A stretch of 64,000 nucleotides of DNA from Eledone cirrhosa (Eukaryota): contig OZ024752.1 of assembly GCA_964016885.1 (NCBI GenBank), positions 17,422,001 to 17,486,000 on the forward strand, in the 5' to 3' direction. The notes under the pieces are model-generated. The model had not been told where the DNA came from. It did not search any database and saw only the letters and a list, made by a program, of their open reading frames with translations. The number at the start of each line of letters is the position of its first letter. Position 1 is the stretch's first letter. The position numbers and the translations under genes are program-made. This document shows positions 41,228-53,628 of the stretch, in pieces.

Positions 41228-41309
41228 ACTCCCTGATGACGCAATGAATTCTCGACAGTTATATTACGTAACTGTCTTTATCCCATTGCAGAAACTAATT
41301 AGTTGGAGT
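41228..41309 (+). ncRNA. Type-I hammerhead ribozyme (predicted cut after 41304)
   Basis: ACTCC-CTGATGA-C-GCAATG..GACAGTTA..TAACTGTC..CATTGC-A-GAAAC-TAATTA-GTT-GGAGT. Confidence 0.9.
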
Positions 41310-41498
41310 GAAAATTTTAGTAAGTAAGTTAATTTAAAAAAATTTTTTTTAATTTTCTTATTTTACGTCTTTTATATTATTGTTCTGCATCCTCCTGCAT
41401 TGAACCACCTAGGTACTATGACATAACCTGTGTATTTGCTGGCATTAGCGTACATATGTGCGCATATGTTAGTAGATATACTAAATTCTCTCTCTTTC

Positions 41499-41621
<123 letters not shown>

Positions 41622-41669
41622 CTACATATATATTACTACATATATATATTACTACATATATATATATAT

Positions 41670-44600
41670 GTCCTGGGTATGACATTAAACTACATCTAGT
41701 GGCAAGGCTCCAGTTCGGGAGTTCAGGAGATGTGGGGAATGTGGAGTTACCCCTTAGTTGTCATGACTCCCAGGTCTGCCCTGGCCCGGGGTGGTAGTAC
41801 CTGTTAGGGCTCCATTTATGGGTTAAATAACTACCTTATTCGAGTGGCGCCGGTAAGGTATTGTCAGCCATTGAAAAGAAATATGGAGAGTCGATCTAAC
41901 AGCACTAGGGTTAGAGCCCCTAATTACACTGTCAAGGAGCAGCCTGGTCGTTATGACTCTGCTGGCTTAGAGCCACAGAGAGGGCCAGTGGATGATGGAT
42001 CAGCTGTCCCTGAGACAAATATAAAGAATGCAGTTTTGTCCTGCAGAAGAGCCATCAAAATAGGCACTTTGAATGTGAGGACTATTCGAACGCTGGAGAA
42101 GAGAGAGGAGTTGGGACATCTGTTCGAGGAGAGTGGTATACAGATACTTGCGATCCAAGAACACAGGATTCTACACGATGAGCCCGTGAGGAGTGTGATG
42201 ATCGGGAGGAAGAACCAGCTCATCACTACATCGGCAGTGAAGAACACAACAAATGCTGCAGTAGGAGGAGTGGGTTTTGTGTTCAGTGCAAAAACCAATC
42301 TGTTGGTGAGGGAAATAATGCCTATCTCCCCGCGAGTGTTGAGGGTGACCTTCAATGGAAACCCAAGACTGACAGTCATCTCAGCCTATAGTCCAACCGA
42401 GGGGGACAGTGATGTGAATGCCGAGGAGTTTCATGAGGAGGTGTGTAGAGCTGTCAACACCACTCAGGCACACAATATCCTGCTTGTTTTGGGGGACTTC
42501 AATGCACATCTGAGTAAGGAGGGCAGTGAAGATCCTTGCTGGTACGTCCATAACAACACCAACCGAAATGGAAGACTACTGAGAGACACCCTGCTGGAGG
42601 CGAACTTGATGGCGACCAACCTAGGGTTTAGGAAGAATCTGGGGGAAGATGTGGACCTACATCTCAGATATGCACCTGTCCAAGTCCCAGATTGATTTCA
42701 TTCTGGTGAGGAAAAAGTGGCGGAATAGTGTTCTGAACACGGAACCATATAGCTATTTCAGTACACTGGGTAGTGACCACCGGCTTGTTATGAGTGAGGT
42801 CCGCGTGAGCTTAAGAAAGAGCAAGGCTCAGCCCCGGAGAACAATCTATGACTGGGGAGCTTTCAAGGAAGATGATAAGCTACAGGAGAGGTTCACAGTG
42901 GAAGTGAGAAACAGGTTTAGTGCTCTGTGTGGAGAGTCAGAGGAGAGAGAGATTGGATGGACTGAGGAGAGTGTGACGAGGAGGTACGGGCACTTCACCA
43001 ATGCAGTGGCGAAAGCAAGTGAAACCCTGGTGCCGAGGAAAAAGAACAAAGGGAAGCACGTCAGCTCTGCAAACCCAAAAGTGTGTGCAGCCAGAGAACA
43101 CCTGAAAGCTGCCAGGGACCAATTCTATGCTGATCCTACGGAGGAGAGGATGGAGACTGTGGAGGTGATGAGGGAGGAGCTCTGTGCCGCTTGCACTGAG
43201 GTCAGAGAGGAGGCACTGATAGAGAAGATCAGAAGTGTGGAGAGAGCGGTTGACAGATCTGGATGTAAGGAGAGCTGGATGATCATCAACGAGATCACAG
43301 GGAGGAAGAAAAGGTGTTCGAGTCAGATCCAGGGAACGGGGCCCGAGGATAGGAAGAGGAAATGGCTAGACCATTTTAGGACCCTACTAGGAGAGCCACC
43401 CTCCACAGCTCAGAGCACTGGGGATATCAGGCGGCTGTTTGAGGAACTGGATGTTGAGACAGAGCCCTTCACCAGAGAGGAGCTTCAGAGAGCCAGGAGG
43501 AAGATCAAGGAGGGCAAGGCTCATGGAGAAGATGGAGTGGCATCAGAGGTGATGAAGAGGTGTGATTTTGATGATATCATCCTGGGGTTCTGTAACGGGG
43601 CACTGGAGAAAGGAGTTGCCCCGAATCAGTGGAGGATCAGTGGCATCGTCCCAGTGCCAAAGAAGGGAGATCTCTCTGGCACCAACAACTACCGGGGGAT
43701 CTCACTGACGTCACTTGTGGCAAAGACCCTCAACAGGATGATTCTTAACAGGATCCAGCCTGAGATGGAGAAGAAGCTCAGGGACAACCAGAACGGCTTC
43801 AGAGAGGGTAGATCAACCACCAGTCACATCCTGATGCTGAGGAGGATATTAGAGGGAGCTAGAGCAAAGTGCCTTCCTGCGGTCATGGTTTTCATTGACT
43901 TTAGGAAGGCCTTTGATTCTGTGGACCGTTACTGCCTGATGAAGATCTTACAGGCTTATGGAATCCCCAAGAGGATAGTGGACCTGATATCATTGCTCTA
44001 CACCAACACCAAAGCCCAAGTCATTACACCTGATGGGATGACAGAGTTCTTTGAGATACTGGCTGGAGTGCTCCAGGGAGATACATTGGCTCCCTACCTT
44101 TTTATCATCGTAGTGGACTATTGTATGCGCCTTGCACTGGAGAAACACCAGGACTCTGGCTTTATTGTAGCACCGGCTCAGAGCAGGAGAGTTGGGGCGA
44201 AAAAGGTATCGGATGCTGAATTTGCCTACGACATAATTTTGGTGACAAATACAGTGAAGGAGGCAGAGGATTTGATGCGGGAGGTTGAGACTGTGTCGAT
44301 GAGTGTGGGGCTGAGAATGAATGAGACTAAAACAAAATATCTGGTAGAGAATGTTGAGAAGCCAGAGGGGATCACTAATGTAGGCGGGAAGCCGCTGGAA
44401 TTGGTTGAGGACTTCCTGTATTTGGGAGCAAAGATTGGGAATGCGGAGGATGATGTGGTTGAGAGGAAGAGCAAGGCCTGGGCGGCGTGTCACAGCTTGA
44501 GATCGGTGTGGAAGTCGGACCTTCGTAGAGACCTGAAAATCCGCCTCTTCATTGCTGTAGTGGAGTCTGTGCTGCTGTATGGGTCTGAGACTTGGACACT

Positions 44601-44977
44601 GACCAAAAGACTCACTCAGATGGTGGATGGGTGCTACACGAGAATGCTGAGGATGGCTCTGAACATTAATCAGTATACACTGAGGATGAAAAACTCAGAG
44701 CTGTATGGGAGCATCCCAAAAGTCAGCTCAAAAGTGACACAGAGAAGACTGAGGTTGGCTGGACATGCTCACCGACATCCAGAGTTGACATTGCACTCAG
44801 TGCTCCTTTGGGAGCCCCTACATGGACACACTAGAAGAGGAAGACCAAGGTTAACATATGTTGATGCCCTAAGGACAGACACTGGTTTGTTGGAGATGCA
44901 GGATATGGCAGCGATAATGAGGGACAGAGACCGCTGGAGAGAACTCGTCCATGGATCTCGGGAATTTTACCCGCCTT

Positions 44978-44979
<2 letters not shown>
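41670..44979 (+). mobile_element. Full-length RTE-clade LINE (APE and RT) inserted in (TA)n; one frameshift near 42640 and catalytic FADD changed to FAYD
   Basis: GTLNVRT, QEHR, SAYSPT, LGDFNAH, SDHRLV, NYRGISL, GVLQGDTLAP and YGSETW. The stop codon is directly followed by (TA)n. Confidence 0.95.
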
Positions 44980-45028
<49 letters not shown>

Positions 45029-45287
45029 CGATGAATTAGTTTTGCGAGGTTTTTATATGAAATCGTGTGTCGAAACAAATATTGTTATACTTGGGGAGGG
45101 TCATATTTGTGTAATATTGCCAGAATTAATAACAGAACACATTCACTGTTTGGTTGGTTTTCGCTTTTCGCTTCTCTGTCTTTTATATCGGTAATCTAAT
45201 TTATTCGGTCCTCAATGTTGCCATTGACTGACCAACGGTCAAAAATAATACAGATACAATATAGACACAAACACATATATATAGTTT

Positions 45288-45329
45288 ATCAAAGTTCTTT
45301 CGTTGCACATCTGCAACATCGTCAGTGGT
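45288..45329 (-). ncRNA. Minimal hammerhead in the PLE pLTR
   Basis: Minus strand: ACCA-CTGACGA-T-GTTGCA gatg TGCAAC-GAAA-GAACTT-TGAT. Stems I and III are imperfect. Confidence 0.7.
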
Positions 45330-47680
45330 GCTATTGTTTCCTCCCGTTACATTGTATGTCTACGCCATCTTTATTTAGTCTGTTTATATATTTATTTATT
45401 TATTTGTTTGTTTGTTTATTTTATTTTGTCTTCTTTGCGCATGCGTTTGCGTGTGTGTATAGTGTTTTGTTTGATGTGTGTTCGTGATTGGGTGACTGTG
45501 TATCGGTTAATGTATTCTATCTTTACTAGTGTGTGTTTATATGTGTTTGTTATTATTGTGCTTGTGTATGTATTTATTTATTTATTTATCTATTTATTTA
45601 TTTATTTATGCTTCTCTTAGGTCAGTGTTGTTTGTTTGGGTGTTGTTGTTATTCCATTCATTCTTTCTGTTTAGTTTTGGCCTTCTAAGTTCTATTTCAC
45701 TGGCCTCTCTGATTTGCCTATCTGCTGGGTCATTTCTATGTTTAGATATTATTCTAATTTCTATGTTGTCTATGTTACCGTCGTGTTGTTGTCTGGCATG
45801 TTCGTATAGTACTGACCCGTTTTTTCGTCCTTTTAGTTCCCCCCAGTGTTGGTCTATCCTTTCACCTATGCTACGAGCTGTCTCGCCTATGTATGTTGTT
45901 ATCATGTTTCTGCAAGTACCCTCTGTACATCTTATGCTATAGACTACGTTTCTAGTTTTACAGTTTATCCGGGGGTTTACCTTACATATGATACATTTCC
46001 TATTAGTACAGTGGGTTTTCTTAAAAGGGTAGGTTTTGCTGATCAGGGATTTTATGGTAGTTTCTGGCTTTTCTACCACCTTAATCTTTAAGTGGGTCTT
46101 TCTCAGGGCCTTTCTACACTGGTTAGCTAATTTCCCTCCAGGGGTAGCGTCAACAAACATGACACTCTGGTATCTCTGGTTGTCGTACCATGAGGTGGCT
46201 TTCCCTATCTTATGTCTAGCCCTATCTAAGCAATTCCATGATTTGCTCCTGTATAATGGGCAAATTCCTTTCATGTCCAGTTCTATGAGGGTCTTATACT
46301 TCTCCATGGCTCCTTCGTATACTCTGACTCTGTCTCTTTGGTTGTAGCCAGAGAACTGCATGCGGTTGATGAAGTGTTGGATGTGTCTTTCCATTTCTGT
46401 TGGGTCGCACATGCGGGACACATTCTTCATCACTCGTACCAAATCTGCGATCAGAATATTAAACTTAGCACTACTGGACATTGCTGAGTTTTTGAGTATC
46501 AGGTATTTGGAGGCCATGGGTTTAGCATAGTGTGAGTGGAGAATTTGGGCTCTCTCGTCTATAGTGTTAATCCAGAGTTCCGTGTCTAATACAGGTAGTC
46601 TATTGTTAGGGTGTTTGGAAGGGTAGTCGATAGTTACAGTTATACTCTGGTGTATGGAATTAGCTATCTGCTGGATGCTTTCCATTGTGCTACGTTCTAA
46701 ATCAAACTTGTTAGTGCTCTCTAGTGAGGATGTTCTTATAACTATATTGATATCGTCTACGTAACGAGAGTACATGATGAGGTCTATGGAGCTCTCATTA
46801 AGGAGATCTTTAAGTCTCCTTTCCCACCATACCATAAAAAGGTTGGCAACATCACCAGCTATGCTGGTGATGTTACCAACGTTGCTAACCAGTGTAGAAA
46901 GGCCCTGAGAAAGACCCACTTAAAGATTAAGGTGGTAGAAAAGCCAGAAACTACCATAAAATCCCTGATCAGCAAAACCTACCCTTTTAAGAAAACCCAC
47001 TGTACTAATAGGAAATGTATCATATGTAAGGTAAACCCCCGGATAAACTGTAAAACTAGAAACGTAGTCTATAGCATAAGATGTACAGAGGGTACTCGCA
47101 GAACATGACTACAACATACATAGGCGAGACAGCTCGTAGCATAGGTGAAAGGATAGACCAACACTGGGGGGAACTAAAAGGACAAAAAAACGGGTCAGTA
47201 CTATGCGAACATGCCAGACAACAACACGACGGTAACATAGACAACATAGAAATTAGAATAATATCTAAACATAGAAATGACCCAGCAGATAGGCAAATCA
47301 GAGAGGCCAGTGAAATAGAACTTAGAAGGTCAAGACTAAACAGAAAGAATGAATGGAATAACTACAACACCCAAACAAACAACACTGACCTAAGAGAAGC
47401 ATAAATAAATAAATAAATAGATAAATAAATAAATAAATACATACCCAAGCACAATAACAACAAACACATATAAACACACACTAGTAAAGATAGAATACAT
47501 TAACCGATACACAGTCACCCAATCACGAACACACATCAAACAAAATACTATACACACACGCAAACGCATGCGCAAAGAAGACAAAATAAAATAAACAAAC
47601 AAACAAATAAATAAATAAATATATAAACATACTAAATAAAGATGGCGTAGACATACAATGTAACGGGAGGAAACAATAGC

Positions 47681-47722
47681 ACCACTGACGATGTTGCAGA
47701 TGTGCAACGAAAGAACTTTGAT
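47681..47722 (+). ncRNA. Minimal hammerhead in the inverted PLE pLTR
   Basis: Same sequence as 45288-45329 on the opposite strand. Confidence 0.7.
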
Positions 47723-47923
47723 AAACTATATATATGTGTTTGTGTCTATATTGTATCTGTATTATTTTTGACCGTTGGTCAGTCAATGGCAACATTGAGG
47801 ACCGAATAAATTAGATTACCGATATAAAAGACAGAGAAGCGAAAAGCGAAAACCAACCAAACAGTGAGTGTGTTCTGTTATTAATTCTGGCAATATTACA
47901 CAAATATGACCCTCCCCAAGTAT

Positions 47924-47972
<49 letters not shown>

Positions 47973-48419
47973 CCTTGTCTACATTCTAACTAAAATATAC
48001 CATAATTTCCTTTGGTGGCGTGGGGTTTCACAGCCTTCCGGTATATAGCAGTGGCGTGGTTCGATTGCTACAGGTAATTCCCTGCACTATTTCCCCCCCT
48101 CAAAATATTTATATCCCCGTTTCTTTCCAACTATATTATTGTAAATATGTGTTGTAATGACTATTGCAAGAGGCAAAACATTCTGGCTGATTCGACACCC
48201 ACGTGCTTTTTCTAAAAGACATTCCCCCCGCTCCTTTCTCTTCTCATACTATATGTTTCTACTTCTTTTATTCCTCATTCTATTTGTTGATGGAAATATT
48301 TTTCTCTATTCCTCTGTGAATATATCACACAGTAGCCAGTTCGTTATAAGATCAAGCAGGGATGTTCTAACACAGTCCTCTCTCCGTTCAGGTATGGATT
48401 TACCTACCCAAGAAAGAGA

Positions 48420-48880
48420 GAAGCCTGATCATACTTCTGTTAATTGTTCTTCTACCAAACGTATTTTAGATAAAGCAGCTATGTCTATGTTCAACCTTCT
48501 AAGTTCTTTTGTAACAAGTGTAGTTGTACGCTCCGGACGTCCGGACGAGTTTCTATCCAGTTCTGTCCTAACGTTCCAACAACAAATGTTGAGTTTGACT
48601 CGATCTTTCGAGTATTTTTTACATTTTGTTCTATTCTTATTTCTGCTCGAGTGAGGCAAAGTAAGTTCTGGGCGCCTGTGTGTAGACTTGTGACTATAAG
48701 CTTGCAACTGGTCAGGCGAAGAAAGATGTAAGAGACATCTGTATATCAGTATATTATAGTGGTAAACACTTGTACAACACAAGTAGCATTTGCTGAGTGT
48801 CCACAACTAGAGTCCAGTGACATGCCGAAACAAGATGACCGGGAGTTGCTTCTACGGCAGGTTTTAAGGAGTTTCCTTCT
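48420..48880 (-). mobile_element. Decayed RTE 5' end (5' UTR and start of APE)
   Basis: CCWNVRTELDRNSSGRPERTTTLVTKELRRLNIDIAALS, paralogous to 34020-34150. Confidence 0.8.
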
Positions 48881-48887
48881 TACTTAA

Positions 48888-48932
<45 letters not shown>

Positions 48933-49039
48933 TACTCATTCATACGTACACACATACACACACACGCTACTCACACACACACACTCATATTTAAATATTA
49001 CAGTCATTATTAATACTATAATTGTGGCCGCTGTTGTCA

Positions 49040-49312
49040 CTGTTATTCTCTCTCTTTCATTCACTGCCTCCGTCTCTCTCACTTTCCCCATATCTCACTA
49101 TTATAAGCAAATAGGGACTCACGCTCTGGCCACCCCGCGACCCCGGCGGACACAATAGAGAAGTCCTTTCCTCCGAATATGGTGAAGAAGACGCGTTGGA
49201 AGAGCCATTTCAGCTCGCGAAGTTTACACCTGTGGGCAGCGAACTCCATGCCGATAGTGGTGAGTAGGGTGGTGGTCATAGGGCCAAGGACACCAGAAGT
49301 CTCCACTCCTAA
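49040..49312 (-). mobile_element. CRE-clade LINE 3' fragment, decayed
   Basis: VETSGVLGP...WLFQR, paralogous to 56110-56640. A further small + piece lies at ~49450-49560. Confidence 0.75.
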
Positions 49313-49984
49313 ATTGTATCTTGAGCACATTACGAAATGGAAGATTTAGAGCAGCTGTTCTCAAGTTGTTCTATTGCCCGTATCCCTTTTCTAAAATTTC
49401 AGTTTCTTTAAATCTATGATAACTAGATGGGAAAAATAAACACATTCCCTATTCTGTCCACCGGAGCTGCGGATCAGCCTGCGCATGGGCCCCCATTTGC
49501 TTATAGTGAAAGATGAGGAGAGCGAGAAAGACGGAGGCAGTGAGTGAAAGAGAGAGGACATCAATACTTATTTATTTGTATTCATCAAATGACTACTACT
49601 AGAGAGAAAGTAAAAAATGTTCAAGACATGGAAATTTGTTGTTAAAAGCAACACGAATACTATTCTAAAGATCAATTAGATCAAGTGATGCCTGTGCGTG
49701 AAGCTTTTTAAAGTGAAGAAAAGCCTTGTAGTGGACCAATCCCACTCTCTGAACAACGGTGACAGGTATCCAAGATGAACATGTCAACATCATACATACA
49801 ATTATTAAATGTATGATAACTAGATCCGAAAAAGAAACACAAGAGAAAATAAAATAGTTTATTTAAAAATACAAAATGTATAAAAGTATTTTTATTTGTC
49901 GTTATTTTTCTTGTCTTATTTTTGCTAAACAATGTTTAAGACATGGGAATTTGTTGTTAAAGGCAACACGAATATTATTGTAAA

Positions 49985-50420
49985 GGTTTAAGTGGTTTCT
50001 AAACTTCGTTGTCTTATATAGAAAAGTTGAAAATCACAACTCGCATAAACCCGTTGTAGCAAATGGAAGCGGAATCATTGCTGATCAAAACTGCTCAAAT
50101 TAATTTTTATCCCAACTCAACTTTCATGACCTGTTTGACTCCTAGATCAATTAGATCTTCTTTAAATTCATTATCGTTCGATATTTTTTGTAAATCGAAG
50201 AGAAACGGACCAATAAGCCACTGTTCTGCTAGTTGTAGAGATACTCCTGAAAAATACTCATGAAATGATTTGCACAGTATTTGAAGCTGTACAATAAATG
50301 TTCAGTGTTTAACTAGAATTGGTGAATTAAAAAGAATATTCCATCATCTTCATTTATTCAAGTGAAACCAAATTCATGATAGTCTTCATTGCATTTTCTC
50401 ACTTTGGATATTGATATATT
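49985..50420 (-). pseudogene. Internally deleted hAT (Buster/Charlie, ZBED8-like) transposase relic
   Basis: Hand translation gives KVRKCNEDYHEFGFT*, then QLQILCKSFHEYF..EQWLIGPF..KEDLIDL, then LPFATTGLCEL*FSTFLYKTTKFRNHLN (hAT dimerisation motif). Confidence 0.75.
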
Positions 50421-51365
50421 TAATTGTGACCTGGAATGCTAAAAAATATTAATTATTAAAGCGTAAAAAGATTTAATATTCAAAGTTTTTAACAATATAA
50501 TTTTTATTAATTTAAATTCCATTTGCTTAAAGTTCATTTGGGTTCACAATTAAAACTTTAATCCCCAAGCTGAAATATACGCGGATAAAATTACATTTAC
50601 TTTAGAGTTCAGTATATTATCTCTAATATTTCGGTGAAAAGATACAAACCACAATTGAAAAGTATTCAACACCTATCAATTGGTTGCTTAGGGTTGACCT
50701 ATTTTACAATAATTGTTTCTACTTTTGGCACAAGGCCAGCAATTATCCAGTGTATTACTGGTACTTTATTTTATCGACTCCGTAAGGATGAAAGGCAAAG
50801 TTAACCTCGGCGGGATTTGAACTCAGAATGGCAAGGGCCGTAACTCTATGCGTCAAAACATGGCGTCCGACCCTACAATAATATTAACCTTCCAGACAGG
50901 CTTCTTTCTAAACATTGCTCTGAATATTAATAGATTTAATTAAAACTACACCCTATAATAAGGAAAACATTACGCATCAGGAAAGTTCGACTGGATTCAC
51001 TCTTTCTCTGTGTATTCGTATCAGCTTCCAAAATTTATAGCTAAAAGGCTTATTCGTAAACATACTATATATCGCTAGATATACAAAATACACATACTTA
51101 TATGTATACAACTATATTGCAGCGAACACCTTAATTAATAATATAACTTTAATCGGATAAACATGAGCTTGTTTATTAGACTATATCTAATAAACATGTA
51201 GCTAAATTTTAATGTATTTGATTCTACTTTAAACACACTTTATCATAACATAGATCACATATATATATATATGATGACATATATTTCTATATATATTCGG
51301 ATACCTAACGGGACCGAAGACCCCATATAGAGGGAATCAGTTCTCAACCAAGATATATTCACCAA

Positions 51366-51846
51366 CGAGATATGCCAATACGAACCCTTTTGAAATAATA
51401 TAAGGATATGGCAGTTCTCCTAAAAATAAAAATCCTCACAATATGAGAAAGTGTCAAATATTTTCGGAATTAAGAATTTCCGAAAATATCGAATTGAAAA
51501 TAGCGAGTTTGGCTTATAACATCTACCTCCCTTCTTCTGATTAGTGAATGCTAAAGCTGGCGCATTAGTGCACCAGCTCCTGCAATTCTTGCACTTAATT
51601 AAGCCTTAAAAAGTAAATTATAATGAGGTTAGGCCTAATATTTAAATATTTTGAATTACATTCTAACTTCATTTAACACTCTACATACTAATTACAGACA
51701 CTTTCTGGATTTATATTTTAACTTTCGGCTAACATGTTAAAATCCGAAAATATTTGACACTTTCTCATATTATGAATATTTTTATTTTTAAAAGAACTGC
51801 CTTATCCTTATATTATTTCAAAGGAGTTCGTTCTGGCATATCTCGT
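51366..51846. repeat. Diverged ~100-bp inverted repeat pair (MITE-like)
   Basis: 51366-51468 pairs with 51743-51846. The interior 51612-51723 recurs directly at ~52896-53005. Confidence 0.6.
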
Positions 51847-52279
51847 GAGAGAATATTTCTTAAAATGTTTAGAAGATTCAGACGTCGACTTAGTTGATAA
51901 GTTTTAAGAAGATCTAGTTAGAAAATTCACTTAACCGAGTCACAGAGAAGCCTGATAAAAACTAGATACGTCAGGTCAAAAACAGAAGAACTAAGTCCAA
52001 ATATTTTGCCAGACTAAATCCTAGCCAGAAAACCCTCTAATTATAAGATTTTCAATCGGAAAATTAGGGAATTGGGGTATTTAAGATGTATGTGTCTAAC
52101 TTACATGCTGGTGTATGTCTGCATCTTATTGAAAGCCCATGATAGGGAGGTATTACATCTTTAAAGTTATGGAGGAAGGGACCCAAAAGGGTGTCATACT
52201 CCATAGTATATACATAGGTATCTGTTGGACCACTATCGTTTTCGACGGTGAGTGATCAAGTTATTCGATCAATGGAGCA

Positions 52280-52280
<1 letters not shown>

Positions 52281-52310
<30 letters not shown>

Positions 52311-52880
52311 CTTCTTCTTCTTCTTCTTCTTCTTCTTCTTCTTCTTCTTCTTCTTCTTCTTCTTCTTCTTCTTCTTCTTCTTCTTCTTCTTCTTCTTCTT
52401 CTTCTTCTTCTTCTTCTTCTTCTTCTTGAGAGGGTCGTCGAGGCAGAGTAATCAAACACTCCTTCCAGTGGTCCTGTCAGAAGCAACCATTTCCCGTTGC
52501 TCCGGCTGGATCCCCAAGCGAGACTAACCAAGCTCATGGTTGTTATCCAACCATCTTACTCGGGGTCTACCTCTGTGTCTTCTGCCGATTGGTTTTTGCC
52601 CTAAAATCTGTCCAGCGATTATTTGCTGATACATTCTAACCACATGCCCACAGTATCGGATCGGTTATATCTCAATTCAGAGAAGTAGTGGCTCTACCTG
52701 GAGTGACTCTCTATCGAGTAAATGTTACTCCAAATACCTTTCGGGGGAACCTCGTTTCGGCTGCTTGTAACCGCAATCGTATTCTTTCGGTTATTACCAA
52801 GATTCATGACCATAGGTAAGGGTTAGCACGAATATCAAATTGAAGATAGTTGAGCTTTTACACCTACCTCTCTTCTGATT
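52281..52880 (-). mobile_element. RTE 3' fragment ending in a long (GAA)n tail
   Basis: The minus strand encodes a decayed LTYGHESWV..ERIRLRLQAAETRF-like peptide. (CTT)n occupies 52281-52427 on the plus strand. Confidence 0.7.
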
Positions 52881-53127
52881 ACCGAATGCTGAAGAGTAAA
52901 TTATAATGAGGTTAGGCTTAATATTTAAATATTTAAAATTATATTCTAATTTCATTTAACACTCTACATACTAATTACAGACAACCTCTGGATTTATATT
53001 TTAACTGTTCGTTTTAGTGTTGATTCCTATTCCTTTGAAGACCATAAATATATATGGAGGAGAATGACTGATATAATCAATTATCGATCGTCAAGATCCT
53101 AGACCTCAATCGCTTACTGAGTGGGAT

Positions 53128-53198
53128 GGAGCTCGTCAAATCGAACTCGCAACCTCACGTTTGCGAATCCAATTCTCTAACCACTAAGCCACGCGCGT
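53128..53198 (-). mobile_element. tRNA-derived SINE head or tRNA pseudogene
   Basis: Minus strand: GCGCGTGGCTTAGTGGTTAGAG...GAGTTCGATT (A and B boxes). Acceptor stem not closed. Confidence 0.55.
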
Positions 53199-53590
53199 TC
53201 ACTAATCAACTATACACAGTTATATTGGAGGATTTATTCTGTAAGGGTTTCTGATTTAGGCACAAGGCCAGAAATTTTGGAGTGGGAAAGTCGATTAAAT
53301 TGACCCCAGTACATTACTGATGCTTTATTTTATCGACCCCGTAAGGATGAAAGGAAGCCGTAGCTATGCAACGGCTTCCTAAAATCGTATTTCTTTAGAA
53401 ATACGAAACTTCTATACATATTGTATAAAGCTATGCTTGAAGCGAAATCTTATTTCTTTTCTATTATATGTTGAGCCAACTTATGCAGCTTCATATGCAA
53501 ATGAGATTAATCACCTCATTTACACAGACGAGAAAACTATATATTCTCGGTTGTTTTCAAGTCCAGCAGTCGCAAAGCGGTGGAGGGATC

Positions 53591-53628
53591 GTCCTGACGA
53601 TGGCCAGTCAAGCCTGAAATGCATAGAC
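53591..53628 (+). ncRNA. Minimal hammerhead between ~55-bp direct repeats (310-bp period)
   Basis: GTC-CTGACGA-T-GGC cagtcaa GCC-T-GAAA-TGCA-TA-GAC. ACGGCTTCCTAAAATCG occurs at ~53370 and ~53680. Confidence 0.75.

Larger units (their letters stand above)
40185..41490. mobile_element. Retrozyme-like array: inverted copy (40185-40675) plus ~1.5 direct 546-nt monomers (40689-41490)
   Basis: Equivalent GTT sites at 40758 and 41304 give a 546-bp period. No ORF. Confidence 0.85.
45030..47930 (-). mobile_element. PLE (RT and GIY-YIG, ORF 45606-~46870) with a ~1.05-kb inverted duplication of its 3' part (46885-47930, +)
   Basis: YSRYVDD, LPVLD, CTNRKCIIC and VVYSIRC...YIGET. ~45077-46125 is the reverse complement of ~46885-47928. 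(TA)n on both flanks. Confidence 0.93.

Noticed and set aside
52248-52537. Poly-L/F/R/E proteins
   Set aside because: Frames of a (CTT)n tract that forms a LINE tail.
53128-53198. Functional tRNA gene
   Set aside because: A and B boxes are present but the acceptor stem and T arm do not pair; better explained as a SINE head.
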